DNA from: the human T2T-CHM13v2.0 reference genome, Homo sapiens
Strand: one strand, 5' to 3'
NCBI RefSeq assembly: GCF_009914755.1
Contig: NC_060930.1
Length of the DNA stretch: 64,000 nt
Shown: piece after piece, positions 37,861 through 52,348 of the stretch
How positions within the stretch are numbered: the stretch's first letter is position 1
Layout: the number at the start of each line of letters is the position of its first letter
Position numbers and translations under genes: made by a program
Notes under the pieces: model-generated
Told to the model about the DNA's origin: nothing
Database searches by the model: none
What the model saw: the letters and a program-made list of their open reading frames with translations, nothing else

Positions 37861-40800
37861 TTCTCTCCTTGCACACACATTAGGAGTTCTGTCATATCAC
37901 CATCAGTATTTTCTAAGATTTCCAGTAAGAAATGACAGCTATCTGCAGAAATTGTATAGGCAGCAATGAGAATCATAATATAGAGTCAGAGAACTGATGT
38001 CACAGACTGACAGAGAAAAGTCTCTAAGGGGCTGTGCTGGGATATCAGGAAAGGGGAAGCAGGAGGGTTCTTAGGTGGGCTGCGTGGCCTACAAACATCC
38101 ATCGCATGTCTGCCGCCATCTTTGATGTGACCATATGAGGAGCCATGTGGAGGGCACAAGTCACAGGGCTCATCCTGAACCATGTGGTTTGGGGATTCCT
38201 ACAAGGATGTGCGGATCGGGGGGCTGGCTTCAGACAGCATCTTGGGGAACGGCGGAAAGAAATGAAGATTCCAAATGCGCCAGCACTTGCTGTGTTTACA
38301 AAAGGCCTGAAGGGTTCATAATGCTTTGTCATTATGACACTTTAGCTGAGGCTGGAATCACCACCCCTGCCCACTCAGACTGTAGGCCAAATGCCTGTTG
38401 AGACTCTGTCTCCCCTTTGTTTCTTCTCTCAAGGCTACTCTTGATTTTCAGTTTAGCTGCATTCCACCCCTACCATCCCCAGTGTAAAAATGATGAGGGT
38501 GGAGTTGGGTGGAGGGACATACAGTGTAGCAGTCTCCAAAACCCCTGTGGGGATGTCCTTTTGTACATACAGCAACATCATTTTCCTATTTATTCTGTGC
38601 TACTGAATCTAGAATAAACCTTACAAAGGCATGGTTCCTTCCCTTTTGAAATTTACATTATAGAAAATGTTTTAAAATATGGTTTTGGTGTTTTAATTAT
38701 AAAATTTTCTGGTGTGTATGTGTTGGGGGTGAGTTTTGGTTTTTGGCAAGAGGAGGGGAGCTGTATTTGCAGGAACTCTGTTTCCTGGGGTACTGCAGCT
38801 AATACTTTTGGCAGATAAGGGTCCCGGGACCGTGTCAGTTTAAATGTGCACTTGAGGATGATTCCTGACCTGTCCTTCCTCACAGATCAGTTGCAGGTAG
38901 TGTGCAAGGCAGCCGAGTATGCCATCCTAACTTTGTGAATAGCCTACAGATCTATATTTAGTGCTTCTTTTTAGTTAGATGGACAAAAGAAAAGGTAAGC
39001 TCAGTTAAAAAAAAAAAATCCACTTCTGAGGAGGACACCCTTATGCATCGGGAACAGGAAGTTCCAGTGAAGGGGAGGATGCTTAGGAAGCTTTTGTTCA
39101 GATACCAAATGAGGTTTCTGATAGTTAGAATGTGAGCAAGTGAGAACTTTTAATGTTTTCATGTTTAGTGTTTGAATGTGATTATTTTAACATGGTTGCA
39201 CTCCATCTTAAACTGTATTGTAATGAAGATTTTTCTTTGTTCCCTTTTCCAAAAAATTAGCCTGATTTGTTCTTTTCAGGACAAATAGGCACCTAGATAC
39301 TGGCAATGGGCAGGGTGTGTGATGGTTTCTGGAGCCCTTCATGTGACATCAGTTAAGCTGTTGTTGGGTCAACTCACACTTAAGACCAGCTGAAGCACAT
39401 TAATGTTGACCTTCAGTTTTCGCAGTAGGTGTAAAATATTTTTGCTACCACAAAGGAGTTATTTATTTTCTTTTCAATAACCACAGATATAAATTTTATC
39501 CCTGCAATGATTTGGTATCAGAGATCTTGGGTTAATATAAACAAAACAGAATCATAGGTACGAACCCTGGATGAACGATGCCACAACTCCTACAGAGAGT
39601 GGAATTGCTTACCTGAAGTTGATTGAAAAGTTTCTTAAGTCTGTATTTTTAGGGCCAGTGCTGTGTTTGATGTGCTTAAAAGATTTTTCATGACTTTTCT
39701 TTTATATTTTTACTATTCTCCTAAGAAATTGATCAAGAATATTCTGGGGGATTTCTAAAATAACAATGTCAAAGACAAAGGCTAATCTGTCATTTTATTA
39801 GGTAGAATATTAAGTAACCCTGTAGTCCAAAAAAGAATATTCCTATCAAGAATGTGTTGCTTACATTGGCAATACTTTTTATATGTACTTCTGTTGGAAT
39901 ATCAAAAGATAGTTTGTGTGTGTTGCGCCAGCATGTTGAACTGCCATTATTGAAGGACCTACAGTTAAAATGAGTGTAGCCATTTGTCTGAGAGCTCACT
40001 GAGAGACAGATACTTGTCAGGTAGTTGGCAGAAGAAAAATACAGCATAATTCTAATCTTAAGATCCCTCTTTTTAATTAAGTTGAATTAGGTCTGCTAGG
40101 AGTGGGAACACAAATGAGATCTCATAGGGATGAAAATGTCTATTTTTTGAATTGCTGCATTATTGCAGGGCTCTGTGATAAGCCTTCCTGTAGACTCATC
40201 CCTGGGCTAATGGTCATAGTCTGAGGATACTTTGTGGAAATCATAAAGGGAGGCCAGAGTCCAGGACAGATCTAGAAGATTGGCTTCTAAATTTATTGTT
40301 TTGATTGGTTGGTTGGTTAGTTAGTTATTATAAGTAGCTAATATTTGTCCCATAGGTCAGATATTTTGTCTTACTGACCAGGTTCATCAAGCGAAGTGGA
40401 GGTAGATTTTTCACATGGATATTTAAATGATTCCAGAATTCTCTGCTCTTGTTTTAAATTTAGTATTAAATTTAAATTTCTGGTCATTGGTGTGCTGTCC
40501 TTATAGGAAGATAGAAACATTTTTAAAATGTTGCTATTGGTTTCAAGGACTTCAGTCATCAATTCACTTGACTAACAAATATGTATTGAGCTCTTATTGT
40601 GATGAATAATTGGTGTCCTATGTTAGCAGAGGGAGAGAACTGAGAAGCCGAGGATATAATTTCTATACTCAAGACTGTCTTTAGCAGAGCAGATACTGAA
40701 TCAGTAATGTTGAATAAGTACATTAATAAATAATTCTCATAATTTGTAAAGAAATTAAGAAAAAAACCCAGTGGGATGTTGCTTTGCTCACTGCTTTGTA

Positions 40801-40915
40801 TCCTTATAGATCCTCAGTACACAATTGTTGAATGAATGACCAAATGGCCATGTACTATACATGCAGTGAGAGTTATTAGAATCCAGTGGAGGCTCATCAG
40901 TTCCAGCTAGTATAG

Positions 40916-41300
40916 GGTATTAGTCCGTTCTTGCATTGCTGTAAAGAAATACCTGAAACTGGGTAATTTATAAAGAAAAGAGGTTTAGTTGGCTCATGGT
41001 TCCACAGGCTGTACAGGAAGCATGGCTGGGGAAGCCTCAGGAAACTTACAATCATGGCAGAAGGTGAAGGGGAAGCAGGCATATCTTACACGGCCAGAGC
41101 AGGAGGAAGGGAGAAAATGGGGGAGGTGCTACACATTTTCAAACAACCAGATCTCATGAGAACTCACTCACTATCATGAGAACAGCAAGTGGGAAACACA
41201 CCTCCATGATCCAGTTACCTCCCACCAGGTCCTTCCTCCAGCATTGGGGATTACAGTTCCGCAGGAGATTTGGGTGGGGACACAAATCCACACTACATTA
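40916..41300 (-). mobile_element. MaLR LTR (MST/THE1 type)
   Basis: gtattagtccgttcttgcattgctgtaaagaaatacctgaaactgggtaatttataaagaaaagagg...gggtggggacacaaatcca. Confidence 0.92.
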
Positions 41301-41721
41301 GCTAATCAGGAAAGGTTTCATGGAGTAGATGGTATTCTAATTGCTGAAAGAGAGGGAGGGTCGTCTAGAAATTGGGAATGGTGTGGAAGCCTCTGAGGAG
41401 ATGTTGGAAGCTGACAGTGGAGGTGTGCAGTGGTGGGCAGGCAGCCAGGAAAGGCAAATTTTGGAAAGCCTTGGCAGACAGACGTTTCTCTGTAGAGTAA
41501 ATAGTGACAGAGATGTATTAGAAATAATAACTAAAGGTTTTATACCTGGCACATTGAAGACGGGAGAAATCATGAAGCACAATTGACAAAGCTTGGTAAT
41601 TAAGGGGGTTAATGAGGGAAAGGAAGGCATCAAAGATGGCTACAATCTCGTTTTGAGCTTGACTGCCTCGAATAATAGTAACAGCATAAACAAAAATAGG
41701 ACATCAGCAGGGAAAATTCAC

Positions 41722-42017
41722 TTTTTTTTTCTTCTTTTTTGAGACAGTCTCACTCTGTCACCAGGCCGGAGTGCAGTTGCACGATCTCGGCTCACTGCAA
41801 CCTCTGCCTCCTGAGTTCAAGTGATTCTCCTGCCTCAGCCCCCTGAGTAGCTGGGGCTACAGGTGCATGCCACCACGCCCAGCTAATTTTTGTATTTTTA
41901 GTAGAGACAGAGTTTCACCATGTTGGCCAGGATGGTCTCGATCTCTTGACCTCGTGATCCACCTGCCTCAGCCTCCCAAAGTGTTGGGATTACAGGCGTG
42001 AGCCACCGCGCCTGGCC
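41722..42017 (-). mobile_element. Alu (AluSc-like)
   Basis: caggatggtctcgatctcttgacctcgtgatcc...gagccaccgcgcctggcc. Confidence 0.95.
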
Positions 42018-43980
42018 AAAATTAGCTTTTTGTAGGAAGATTCTTGTGTTTAAGATAACAGGGACACTTCACTGTGGACTAGTAGAAATCACAGAAGCAT
42101 GGAACATTAGACCCAAAAGGGATTTGGAGGTTGAGCCATTCATTGGACTCAAATTCAACCCTGTCATCTTGCTGATGAGAAAGCTGACTAGATTCAGGAA
42201 CAGCCCCCAGGGTGCAATGTCTGGCCTTGATACAGAGCACAAGTAGGATGGCAGATGTAGACAGTCATTTACAGTGTTTTGGAGGGTACTTAAAAAGTAT
42301 TCCTTCATTTGCAGTTGGATTTTTCCCTTTTAAATGGGAAGAGTCATTATACAAACAGTTCCAGTTAATGCATTTGGAGATGTTGTCTGTAGAGTATAAA
42401 CACCGTGTTGTAAGGTTGAGATAAAATCCCTAAATATTAGGCAATATATTCATTCATTCCTACTGATAAACAAAAAGTCTTAACTTGCCACCCAACATGA
42501 CATTACCAATGAATTTACTTTCATAGTAAATACATTACCAATGAATTTCTTTAACCGTATTATTTAGTAAGTTCTATTTAGTTATTACTGAGTTGACATT
42601 TACTCAATTCTAAACATATTTTGCACTGCAGATGTTCTATCTTGGACATCTGATCATGGGTCTGGGGTGCCATATTGCCCATATTTGAGGAGAAGGCAGT
42701 TGCTAAGGGTTCCCACTATTAGTGTTTCTAGATGGGTCTTATCCTACCCTCTCTTCTGCTTAGGGTGTTGCTAGGAATGATGGGGATGGTTATAAGCACA
42801 ATTAGTCTTGATGGGTGTTACATACAAGTAGGGGGCTCTGAAGCAAGGTTGGGGGCCAGTTCTCACCCTTGGCATACCTGCTTCTGTTCTTCAATCCCTA
42901 TTACATGTGAGTACAGGAAACAGTGTCCATCTTCCAGCTCACACCCTTTGTATCTGCCTGTCTCAGACCCAGAGATGCAAGTGCAACACTCACTGGCTTT
43001 GCCTTCTAGAACCCATGGGTAATCTTGCAAAACTGAGCTGATCTTAATGTGCGAGCATCCTGTGACTTCTTTGCTTCCAACCTTGTTCTTTCCTGGGTCC
43101 CCAGCTCGATGGGAGGAGATTGAGCACTGAATGGTCACTCTCTTCTTTGTCTCCCTTAACTGGGGAAGGAGCCCCTTAGTTCCTTTTCCCAGTTAAAGGA
43201 GTCTGAAAGAGAGTGACTGGGAAATGTGTAGCATGAGAATAGTTGGGAACCAGCTCTTTTAGAATAAAATGAAAGATGGAATAATTAGACCTGGATTATC
43301 ACTCCCAGGGAAGTAAAATGACCATAAAATATTTACATCTAGTAATTTATCATCATAATCCTAATTTTTCTTTAAAGAATTTCCTATTTCTTAAATTGCA
43401 GTGATAGCACTGGGATTAAAAAAAATATTAGTCTTACAAGCTTACTTTAAACCAATTCCTAGTGGTAGTAACTGCCTTTATCTTCAAGGCAGCACTGAGC
43501 ATTTATTAACAACCAACCTATAGGCCAAGCATTTTTAAATTAGTGATCTTAAGTAATGAGATGCTAGGGAAATCTTGATGACCTGATATTTGATATTCGA
43601 GAATGAGAAGCAGACATAGGCCTACTTAGTGAATTCACATGTCTGAGACTCCACGTGGTGGGGACATGGACGTTAGTAGTAGTAATTAGCCTTGGATGAG
43701 AGAAGAACAGAAATTCACATATAAATGGGAAACATCCGGCATTGGTAGGTAGAGCTTGTCTAGATTGGGACTAATGAACTACTTTTCAATCTGAAGCCTT
43801 CAGGAATAGACAGGCTCCTGCTTCTGCAAATACCAAATGAAAAGCCAACCCACTGTTCTTGAATTTATAGATCCAATTTACACTTGCTCTTTTTAACCAA
43901 TGGAACTAGCCGGCCCCTGCATGCCAAGTTTCTATGGCAATGTGATCTCAGTGACCTCTCTTCTCTATTGTGGAATGTAG

Positions 43981-44177
43981 GTGAAAAGAACGGAGGGGAG
44001 CCCGATGACGCTGAACTAGTAAGGCTCAGTAAGAGGCTGGTGGAGAACGCGGTGCTCAAGGCTGTCCAGCAGTATCTGGAGGAAACACAGAATAAAAACA
44101 AGCCGGGGGAGGGGAGCTCTGTGAAAACCGAAGCAGCTGATCAGAATGGCAATGACAATGAGAACAACAGGAAATGA
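43981..44177 (+). CDS. AKAP7: AKAP7 terminal coding exon with the PKA RII-binding amphipathic helix ([28 protein letters not shown])
   Basis: atgtag|GTGAAAAGAAC phase-1 acceptor. Translation [64 protein letters not shown] is the AKAP18 C-terminus. Confidence 0.97.
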
Positions 44178-44849
44178 GCCCGGAACGCAGGCCCCCATGT
44201 CTCTGTGCAAAGCCTCCCTGCTTCCCTCTGCTGAGTCTAGGGACTGACTTGCAGCGTGCTGTTTAAGTTAAGTTTCTCTGGTGCAATCTGTGAAGATTGC
44301 CTAATACTTTTCATGATCGATGTGTTCGCATTGCTGAAACACAACAGAAGAAAAATGGAGTGCTGGGACTGGCAGAGGAAATTAATTGATGAAAGAAGAA
44401 TGGCCCAAGTTTCATTCGCCCTCAGCCACGCACAAGGGAAAGGGAACTTTGGGTTATGCCTCCTGGACGCAAATTAAAGGCCGAGAAAGAGGCCTTGCCA
44501 TCAATGGAATACTGCCATTTATATTGCTTAGCAGGGCATTTGACTACTTTATCTGAGGCCAGAACTCTCACACACAGCTATCAAGTGCTAAGTTTAAAAT
44601 AATCACTGTTGGAATTGTCATCTGTACAATTAGTCCATAATGTTTCATGTTTGTCCTAAGTGTGCTGTTGCTATGCAGTGTGATCTTTATTTATAGTAAA
44701 TTATGTTTCATGTAAATGATATATTTTTGGTGAAATGCAACCTTTTCTATAAAATGTGGGCAACATTTTAAAGTTTTTTTAAAATCCTATTTTGATAAGT
44801 CAGTATGCCATATTTAATGAAATGTTATTATATAATTTTTTTTTCTTAG

Positions 44850-45055
44850 GCAAGAAACCTATTGGAATTCGAGACTTAATTAATGAAGCTTTGCATCGAG
44901 AAACGATGGGTCTGAAGTCCAAAGTGAAACAGATAAAGGAACTTTTATTAAAGCCTGAGACTCAGGCCAGAATTAGGAGGGAGCTTTTTGAAGGAAGACT
45001 TATTAACAACAGTAATTCAGCAAATGACGTTGATTTCAGCACAACTTTGACATAA
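44850..45055 (+). CDS. AKAP7: Alternative AKAP7 terminal coding exon inside the 3'UTR (KKPIGIRDLINEALHRETMGLKSKVKQIKELLLKPETQARIRRELFEGRLINNSNSANDVDFSTTLT*)
   Basis: Strong acceptor tttttttttcttag|GC in phase 1, the same phase as the other AKAP7 exons. The 206-nt open frame gives a protein-like helical peptide. Confidence 0.7.
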
Positions 45056-45961
45056 GCTCTACATTGCGATTGTGACAACATAGCTTATGAAATCTTTTCA
45101 GCTTATTAAGTAGCTCTTTGGTAAACACCAAAGAAGTTTCTGATAGTGTCTGCACAACAGCAAACCAACATTTGGTGAGGAATTAGCAATTTCTTGCCAA
45201 AGAAAATTGATTCTGCCCAATTATTTTTTGAGCTACACTTGTGTTTTAGAATATCTGTTTCTGTAATATTGAGAGTTATTTTATAGAAATGATTTCTTAA
45301 TTAGCTGTTGTGAGATATTTCTCGGGTCCTTGCAGAAAAAAACATACAGACTGTGAACAAATCATTCACAAACAGAATAAAACAGAGCCAACAACAGTAT
45401 TTTAAGGGTCACTTGCCTCCTGTTGACACAATTGTTGCTAAATCAAAAGAAGCGTTGTCCAGGTGTGTCTACATCTAGTGTTACTTTTAATGAGAATTTG
45501 AATGTTTATTGAACAATAGTACTTGAATGAACATTTATAAATGTAATTATTGCGATCACTGGTTAAGAATGTTTTATATATCCTTATAATATTTTTCACT
45601 GATCAAAATGTTGTTCTGCTTTTTCATTTCTTAAGGAATACATGTTTGGGATTTTTATTTTTTACGTGTCCGAAGATAAGCTCCAGGTCTTATCGTATCC
45701 CTTGCCATCTGAACTTGTTTGCACTGCTTCTGTTTGAAAGAGCATCTTGAAAAACTTCCCCGGTATGATGATTGTTGGTAACAACTTTTTCTATAGTCAT
45801 TGATGGAGTAGATCATGATGGAGGGGAAATCACTGGAGATCAAATATGTAAAATCATTTCAAATATAAAATCCAGTTTACTCATGGATTTTAGCTATTTT
45901 TTCACTGGGTAAATTATACTACATTTATTTACAAATGAGTTTATGCATTTTCATGGCTCTT

Positions 45962-45967
45962 AATAAA
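45962..45967 (+). terminator. AKAP7: Polyadenylation signal AATAAA with a downstream U/GU-rich element
   Basis: AATAAAcatattgttttcccttgttgcttttcc...ctttttttc. An earlier AATAAA at 45376-45381 lacks an obvious U-rich downstream element. Confidence 0.75.
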
Positions 45968-48900
45968 CATATTGTTTTCCCTTGTTGCTTTTCCTCATTT
46001 CTTTTTTTCACTCTTGAGAGTAGTTGGATCTATGTTGGCGTAACGAAGTCATAAATCGGAGCTCCAATAGTTTAGTTTCAGTGTTGCTTCACCTTTATGA
46101 TCCCGTCCTTCATGCTAAGAGAGCACAGTTGTCAAAGCACCTTCAACTTTACCCTTTAAAATCATATCAAATCAGTCAGCTTCACAGAGAATTAACAACA
46201 GAACCTTAAATTCAAAGAAAATCTAAATAGCGTCTTATAAACAGCTAAGAATGTGTCACTGATGTGACATCCTAGCAAAGATGAAAAGTGGAGGTCCATC
46301 CAGGTGCAGAATCCTGGGAGCTGTTTGCCATGAAACCCTTTTCAGTGGTAGAGGGCTTGACTGTTTGTTTGTAAATGGCTTCTTTAAGTAAATCCTTAAG
46401 GTAGAAAGCAAAGATAGTTTTGGCCTTGCCTTGTTTTTCAAACAAGGAAACAGACTCCAAAAGGTGGCATGCCTTATCCAGGGCCCCACTGCTATCAGGG
46501 AACTGGACTTGAACTGTCACCTGGGGCTCTATGTCAATGCCCCGGTGTTATCCTTACCACCCCATAATCTAAGTGAACAGTATTTCTGGAGAGAAGGCAC
46601 TTCTCAGCGTGTATATACAGATATCCTCTGGGAGCGATTCCCAGTCCATCTAGATAATTTGAAAGGCTAAAATAGTATATACTTTTTGCAATCTGGGGTT
46701 ACATGTCTTACTGTTATTTTAGTTTAAAATCATGATTTTTGTTAAATACTAAGTCCCAGGTTGTGTGCCAGGTGATTTAGGCGTATGATTAAATTTCTTC
46801 CCTTCAGTGACCCTATTAGGAAGTAATTAGTACTTTTACAAATTAGGAATCAGGGGCCCTGTGTGGTTAAATAGCCCAGGGTTATAAGCTAATAAAGGTG
46901 AGGCCAAATTTAAACTATGATCTGTTCTAATTCAAAGCCAACACTTTTTCCAAAATGCAGCACTTCTCTCCACCAAGTACGATATACTTGACAAATTAAA
47001 AAGTGTAAGAAAAGGAAAGTCACTTTCTTTTGACTAAACCAGCTTCCTTGCAGCCCTGAATTTCTCTGAACTTACATGAGAGTGATCAGCTGATGTGATA
47101 GAACTGAAAATCACATCACCCAGATACTTAATATAGGGATTAAGGATTCTAATCCTTACCAATGAAAGCTCCATTTAAGAAGGTTTATGAAGAAAATGGA
47201 AGGTATAAAATAAAAAATTTTATTTTCCATTTTTAAAAGTGAATAAGACATTAATTTGCAGAACTCTATGTTTGGGATCTGAAATGTTCCAAGTGACTTT
47301 ATTCCCATTAGTCACAGAATAACTGCTCTTTGGGTCACGTAGGCAGAGTGAGTTGTCCTGAGTCGGTACTGTATGTTATGTAGCCTTGTCTTGTGACAGG
47401 GAGGCTGCGTGGTTGGCAACAGAGTGCTGGCTTGGGCCTTCTAGACTGTCTTCTAGACTTGGGTCCACCACTGACACATGATCTTGACCAAACTAATTCA
47501 CTTTTCTGAGCCTCACTGCCCAATCTGGAATTGGAAAGAGTTTGGCAAGGTGATTTTCAAGGATCCTAGAACAGTGCTCTTTGTGACCACACCATGATGC
47601 TACTCATGCAGACACCGCTGTTTCAGTTAGCTACTGCTATGTGAGGCCTTGAAGGGGCCACGCTGTTCCATCTGTTGGCAGGAAGAGCTTAGAGTTCTAG
47701 AAGACTTTACACTCTGTTTGACTTGTGTTGGTTGTCAGCTTCGTGTAGGGAAGCCCCAGTGGCACATATTCATATTTATCAACAAATGCCAACATTTTTG
47801 GGGATCAATCACTGGAAAAATAATATGTCCTAGATGAATTAAGAATGTCAAAAAGTAATATTTTCAACAGCAGGACAAAATTCTGTCAGCTTTGAACTTG
47901 GACCCATTTATAAAATGTTAGATGATTATTGTATTAGTCTACTTCTCAGCATAGAAGTATTTATTTTTATAGGGCTTTGAGATATACTAGATTTATATTC
48001 AATAAATTTTAATTTTTAAGATTAATAATTTTTAATTTAGAGACAAAAAAATCTTAATTTTAAGATTAATAATTTTAAGATTCAAATTATTCATTCCAAA
48101 ACTCCAAATGTGTTACCTTCCAGTCATCCCAGCAGCCAGGCACTCCCATAAGGAGGTAATTAAAGCAGTTTGACTTCATGTTCTGGACATTATTTCAGGC
48201 ATGTGACCAAACAGATGTGTTTGCTTCTCTGCATTCGATCACAGATGCAGAAACCATCTATCACATCATGGAGCAAATTAGGAATTTATTTCATTATACA
48301 ATCAAGATAGTGATTTATTTCATTATACAAACTGTAGATTTTATACTGTAAATTTAAACTTTTAGTATCTCCACACATAAATTGATGAATGGATAACCTT
48401 TCGTCATCCCTTATTTTCAACACTTTCAAATCTCACCTATAATAATTTTAACTTTAAACAAATTGTAGATACAACCCTAAATTCCAGTTTTCCTAGGTAG
48501 ATAGACTTCATATAAAAATAAATAAACTTGGTGTACTTTAAAAAATAGTTTCTAGGTCCCTATATGAATTTGAGAGCAGCACAGATGCTAATGAGACAAG
48601 TCCCTAGATTATTTCATTCACAGTGAAAATGAATATTAAAGCAGTTCACTTAGAGTCAGTGAATTTAAAATTGTGATGTTAACTACAGCACTTCATTTCT
48701 GCATCACAGTTTTGAGGATAAAGGCTTATTTATAAGGTAATTTGAGAGCTTCTAAAGAGGAAGGTGCTATTATCATCTCCAAGGTGATATGCTCAAAACT
48801 ACTTATTTGAATCCATTAAGTGTAACTGATAAAGTTAGGTGATTTGGGATGATTTTAAAATGTAAACTGCAATATTTACTCCTCTGCATATTCCATCATT

Positions 48901-49179
48901 TAATCATTTATTGGAAGACCATGAAATTCTATTACAGCATCAAAGAAACAATTAAAGTAAGAAATTCATTGTTTTCAGTAAATCTATGTTGCTTTCCCTG
49001 TAATGGTTCGCATTATTTCTGAAAAGTTACTATTCAGTGACACTGCCCTATATATTTACGTGTTACTTTCTTTGACTGATCTGAGAAAAGTGACACAGTC
49101 CTGCTTGCAGTCCTGCCAACTTTTGGTATATGCAGAAGCAGCTCTTGTTCTTAGGTAAACACAGTAAATTGGTACAATG

Positions 49180-49490
<311 letters not shown>

Positions 49491-50009
49491 TAAATTATTC
49501 CTGATACTTCCTGCCCAAAACCACTTGGGCACAATATTGCCATGATAATATCTTCAAACGAAAGACATTGTCTTCACTGATTTTTTTTAGTCACATATGT
49601 TATCTTATCCATAATTTCAAAAAATCTTATTTTGAAACCACTAATGTGGGATATATGAAGTTGTAGGAGGTAAGAGGACAAAGAAATTAATCTTACAGCT
49701 GGACAGGAATTACAGTGCTGAGGAAAGAAACGAAAATGATACTTATGCACGAATCCAAAGAATATCTGATATGCTAATTGAAGTAGAGAAAATAGAATGA
49801 ATATGCAACAGTGGGGAGATACTAAGCATATCTTTTCAAGATTCTGGAAGACAAATTTAGAAGCTGTTTTTCCCAGGTCCATGCTCAAGAAGTGTCTTTA
49901 GGGAGAGGTAACAAGGGCCTTTGATGATTTGGTGGGCATTTGTCACACTTGGTGACTGCCCAGTATCTTTTGAACTCCTCTTCTGTCTTCGTGTAGCTTT
50001 CTACCTTGT

Positions 50010-50465
50010 GAACCTTGCTTCCCTGGGACAGAGGCCCCAAGGTGGAGGCCAAGAACTCACCCTCAGCCTTCCATGTCACTGGGGTTCAGATATGTGACCT
50101 GGGCTCCACCAAGCAACAGGGAAACCCTGCATGGAATCAGTTCATCCTGGCAGGGATGGTGGAGAGATAGCCAGCTCTCAGAAGCAGTAGTGGCAAAGGC
50201 CCTACCTGGCTGGGGTGTCCCACATCCCACATATCCCTATTCTGTGTAAGAATTACAAGCTGGTAAAAAAGTAGCACCAGCTGGATTCTCCCAGATCAGC
50301 TGGCAGTGTAATAAGGCATTGTTCCTACTGCTTAGCCACCCAGCCTAATTTTCTGGACCTTCTAAGGATTCTGTGAGCTACTGAATATCCTTTAATTAGT
50401 TCCCTTTCCATTTAAACTAGCCGAAGTTGGTTCTGTTATTTGCAGCTAAAAATCTTGACTAATAA
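50010..50465 (+). mobile_element. MaLR LTR (MLT1-type)
   Basis: atgtgacctgggctccacc...ttggttctgttatttgcagctaaaaatcttgactaata. Confidence 0.6.
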
Positions 50466-50483
50466 AGGCTCTACTCGCTAAAT

Positions 50484-50695
50484 CAGTATTTCAACACAAG
50501 GCACAACTGGCATTTTGGATTGGAGATTTCTTCGTAGTGTGGGATGGTTCTGTGCATAGTAAGTTACCAATCCAGATCCCCAGACACTAAATGCCAGTAG
50601 CAGATTCTTGTTATTGTGACAACAAAAATGTGCCCCACACATTTCCCAATCCACTTCAGACAGGGGTCACACAACCCCCAGTTGAGGAGTACACT
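50484..50695. mobile_element. hAT-Charlie DNA transposon remnant (MER20-like)
   Basis: cagtatttcaac...gtgacaacaaaaatgtgccccacacatttcc...ccccagttgag. Confidence 0.55.
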
Positions 50696-51451
50696 ATTAA
50701 ATAGTGCTTTCCCAGCAGTGTTAAAGAGTTAGTGCTCCTTCCCACCTCCACTATTATCAAGAAGTAATTTAGTCTCGAAGAGCACATGCTCACTGGGGTT
50801 CTGTACACACATTATCAGGAACTGGGATAGAAAACAGGAAAATGAAACCACCGGCATAGTTTATGTGACATGGATCAAAATACCTAGTTACTGCACTTGG
50901 AAAATGGCTGAAAGGATCAGTTGTGATGACAGTTATGATGCCATTGTTGCAGGAATTTTCTTGGTTTATGTGATTCTTTGGGTAGACTTAGATAGTGAAA
51001 TAGAGAAGATAGCCTCCAAATTTTAAAACAATATGACATGATTAACATATTATTACTTAATATAATAACAGGGCTATTTCTTATTCATTTCATTAAAAAA
51101 GGAAGTTAAAGTATTTTACATTATATGCTTAAGAGGAAAAGTCTATAATAAATGTACAGTAGTCCCCCCTTATTCATGGGGGTTATGTTCCAAGATCCCC
51201 AGTGGCTGCCTGAAACCGTGGATAGTACCAAACCCTATATATACTATGTTTTCTTCTATACACAGGTAAGTTTATTCTATACTTCTAATATATACCTATG
51301 ATAAAGTTTAATTTATACATTAAGTACAGTAAGATTAACAATAATAATAAAATAGAACAATTATAATACTATACTATAATACAAGTTATGTGAATGTGGT
51401 CTCTGTCTTAGAATATATTGTACTGTGCTCACTTATTTTCAGAACTTAGTT

Positions 51452-52348
<897 letters not shown>

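Larger units (their letters stand above)
44178..45990 (+). other. AKAP7: AKAP7 3'UTR (about 1.8 kb, no recognisable repeats)
   Basis: Follows the stop codon, is AU-rich, and ends at a canonical poly(A) signal. Confidence 0.75.

Noticed and set aside
39600-39640. Minus-strand consensus donor CAG|GTAAGC
   Set aside because: Isolated motif with no supportable partner acceptor or reading frame.
43884-43980. N-terminal part of ORF 43884..44177 (MLFLTNG...WNVG)
   Set aside because: Intronic read-through upstream of the AG at 43979-43980, starting at a non-ATG codon. Only 43981 onward matches AKAP7.
44792-44849. N-terminal part of ORF 44792..45055
   Set aside because: It translates the branch-point and poly-T acceptor region (YNFFFL). 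The protein-like sequence starts at the splice acceptor.
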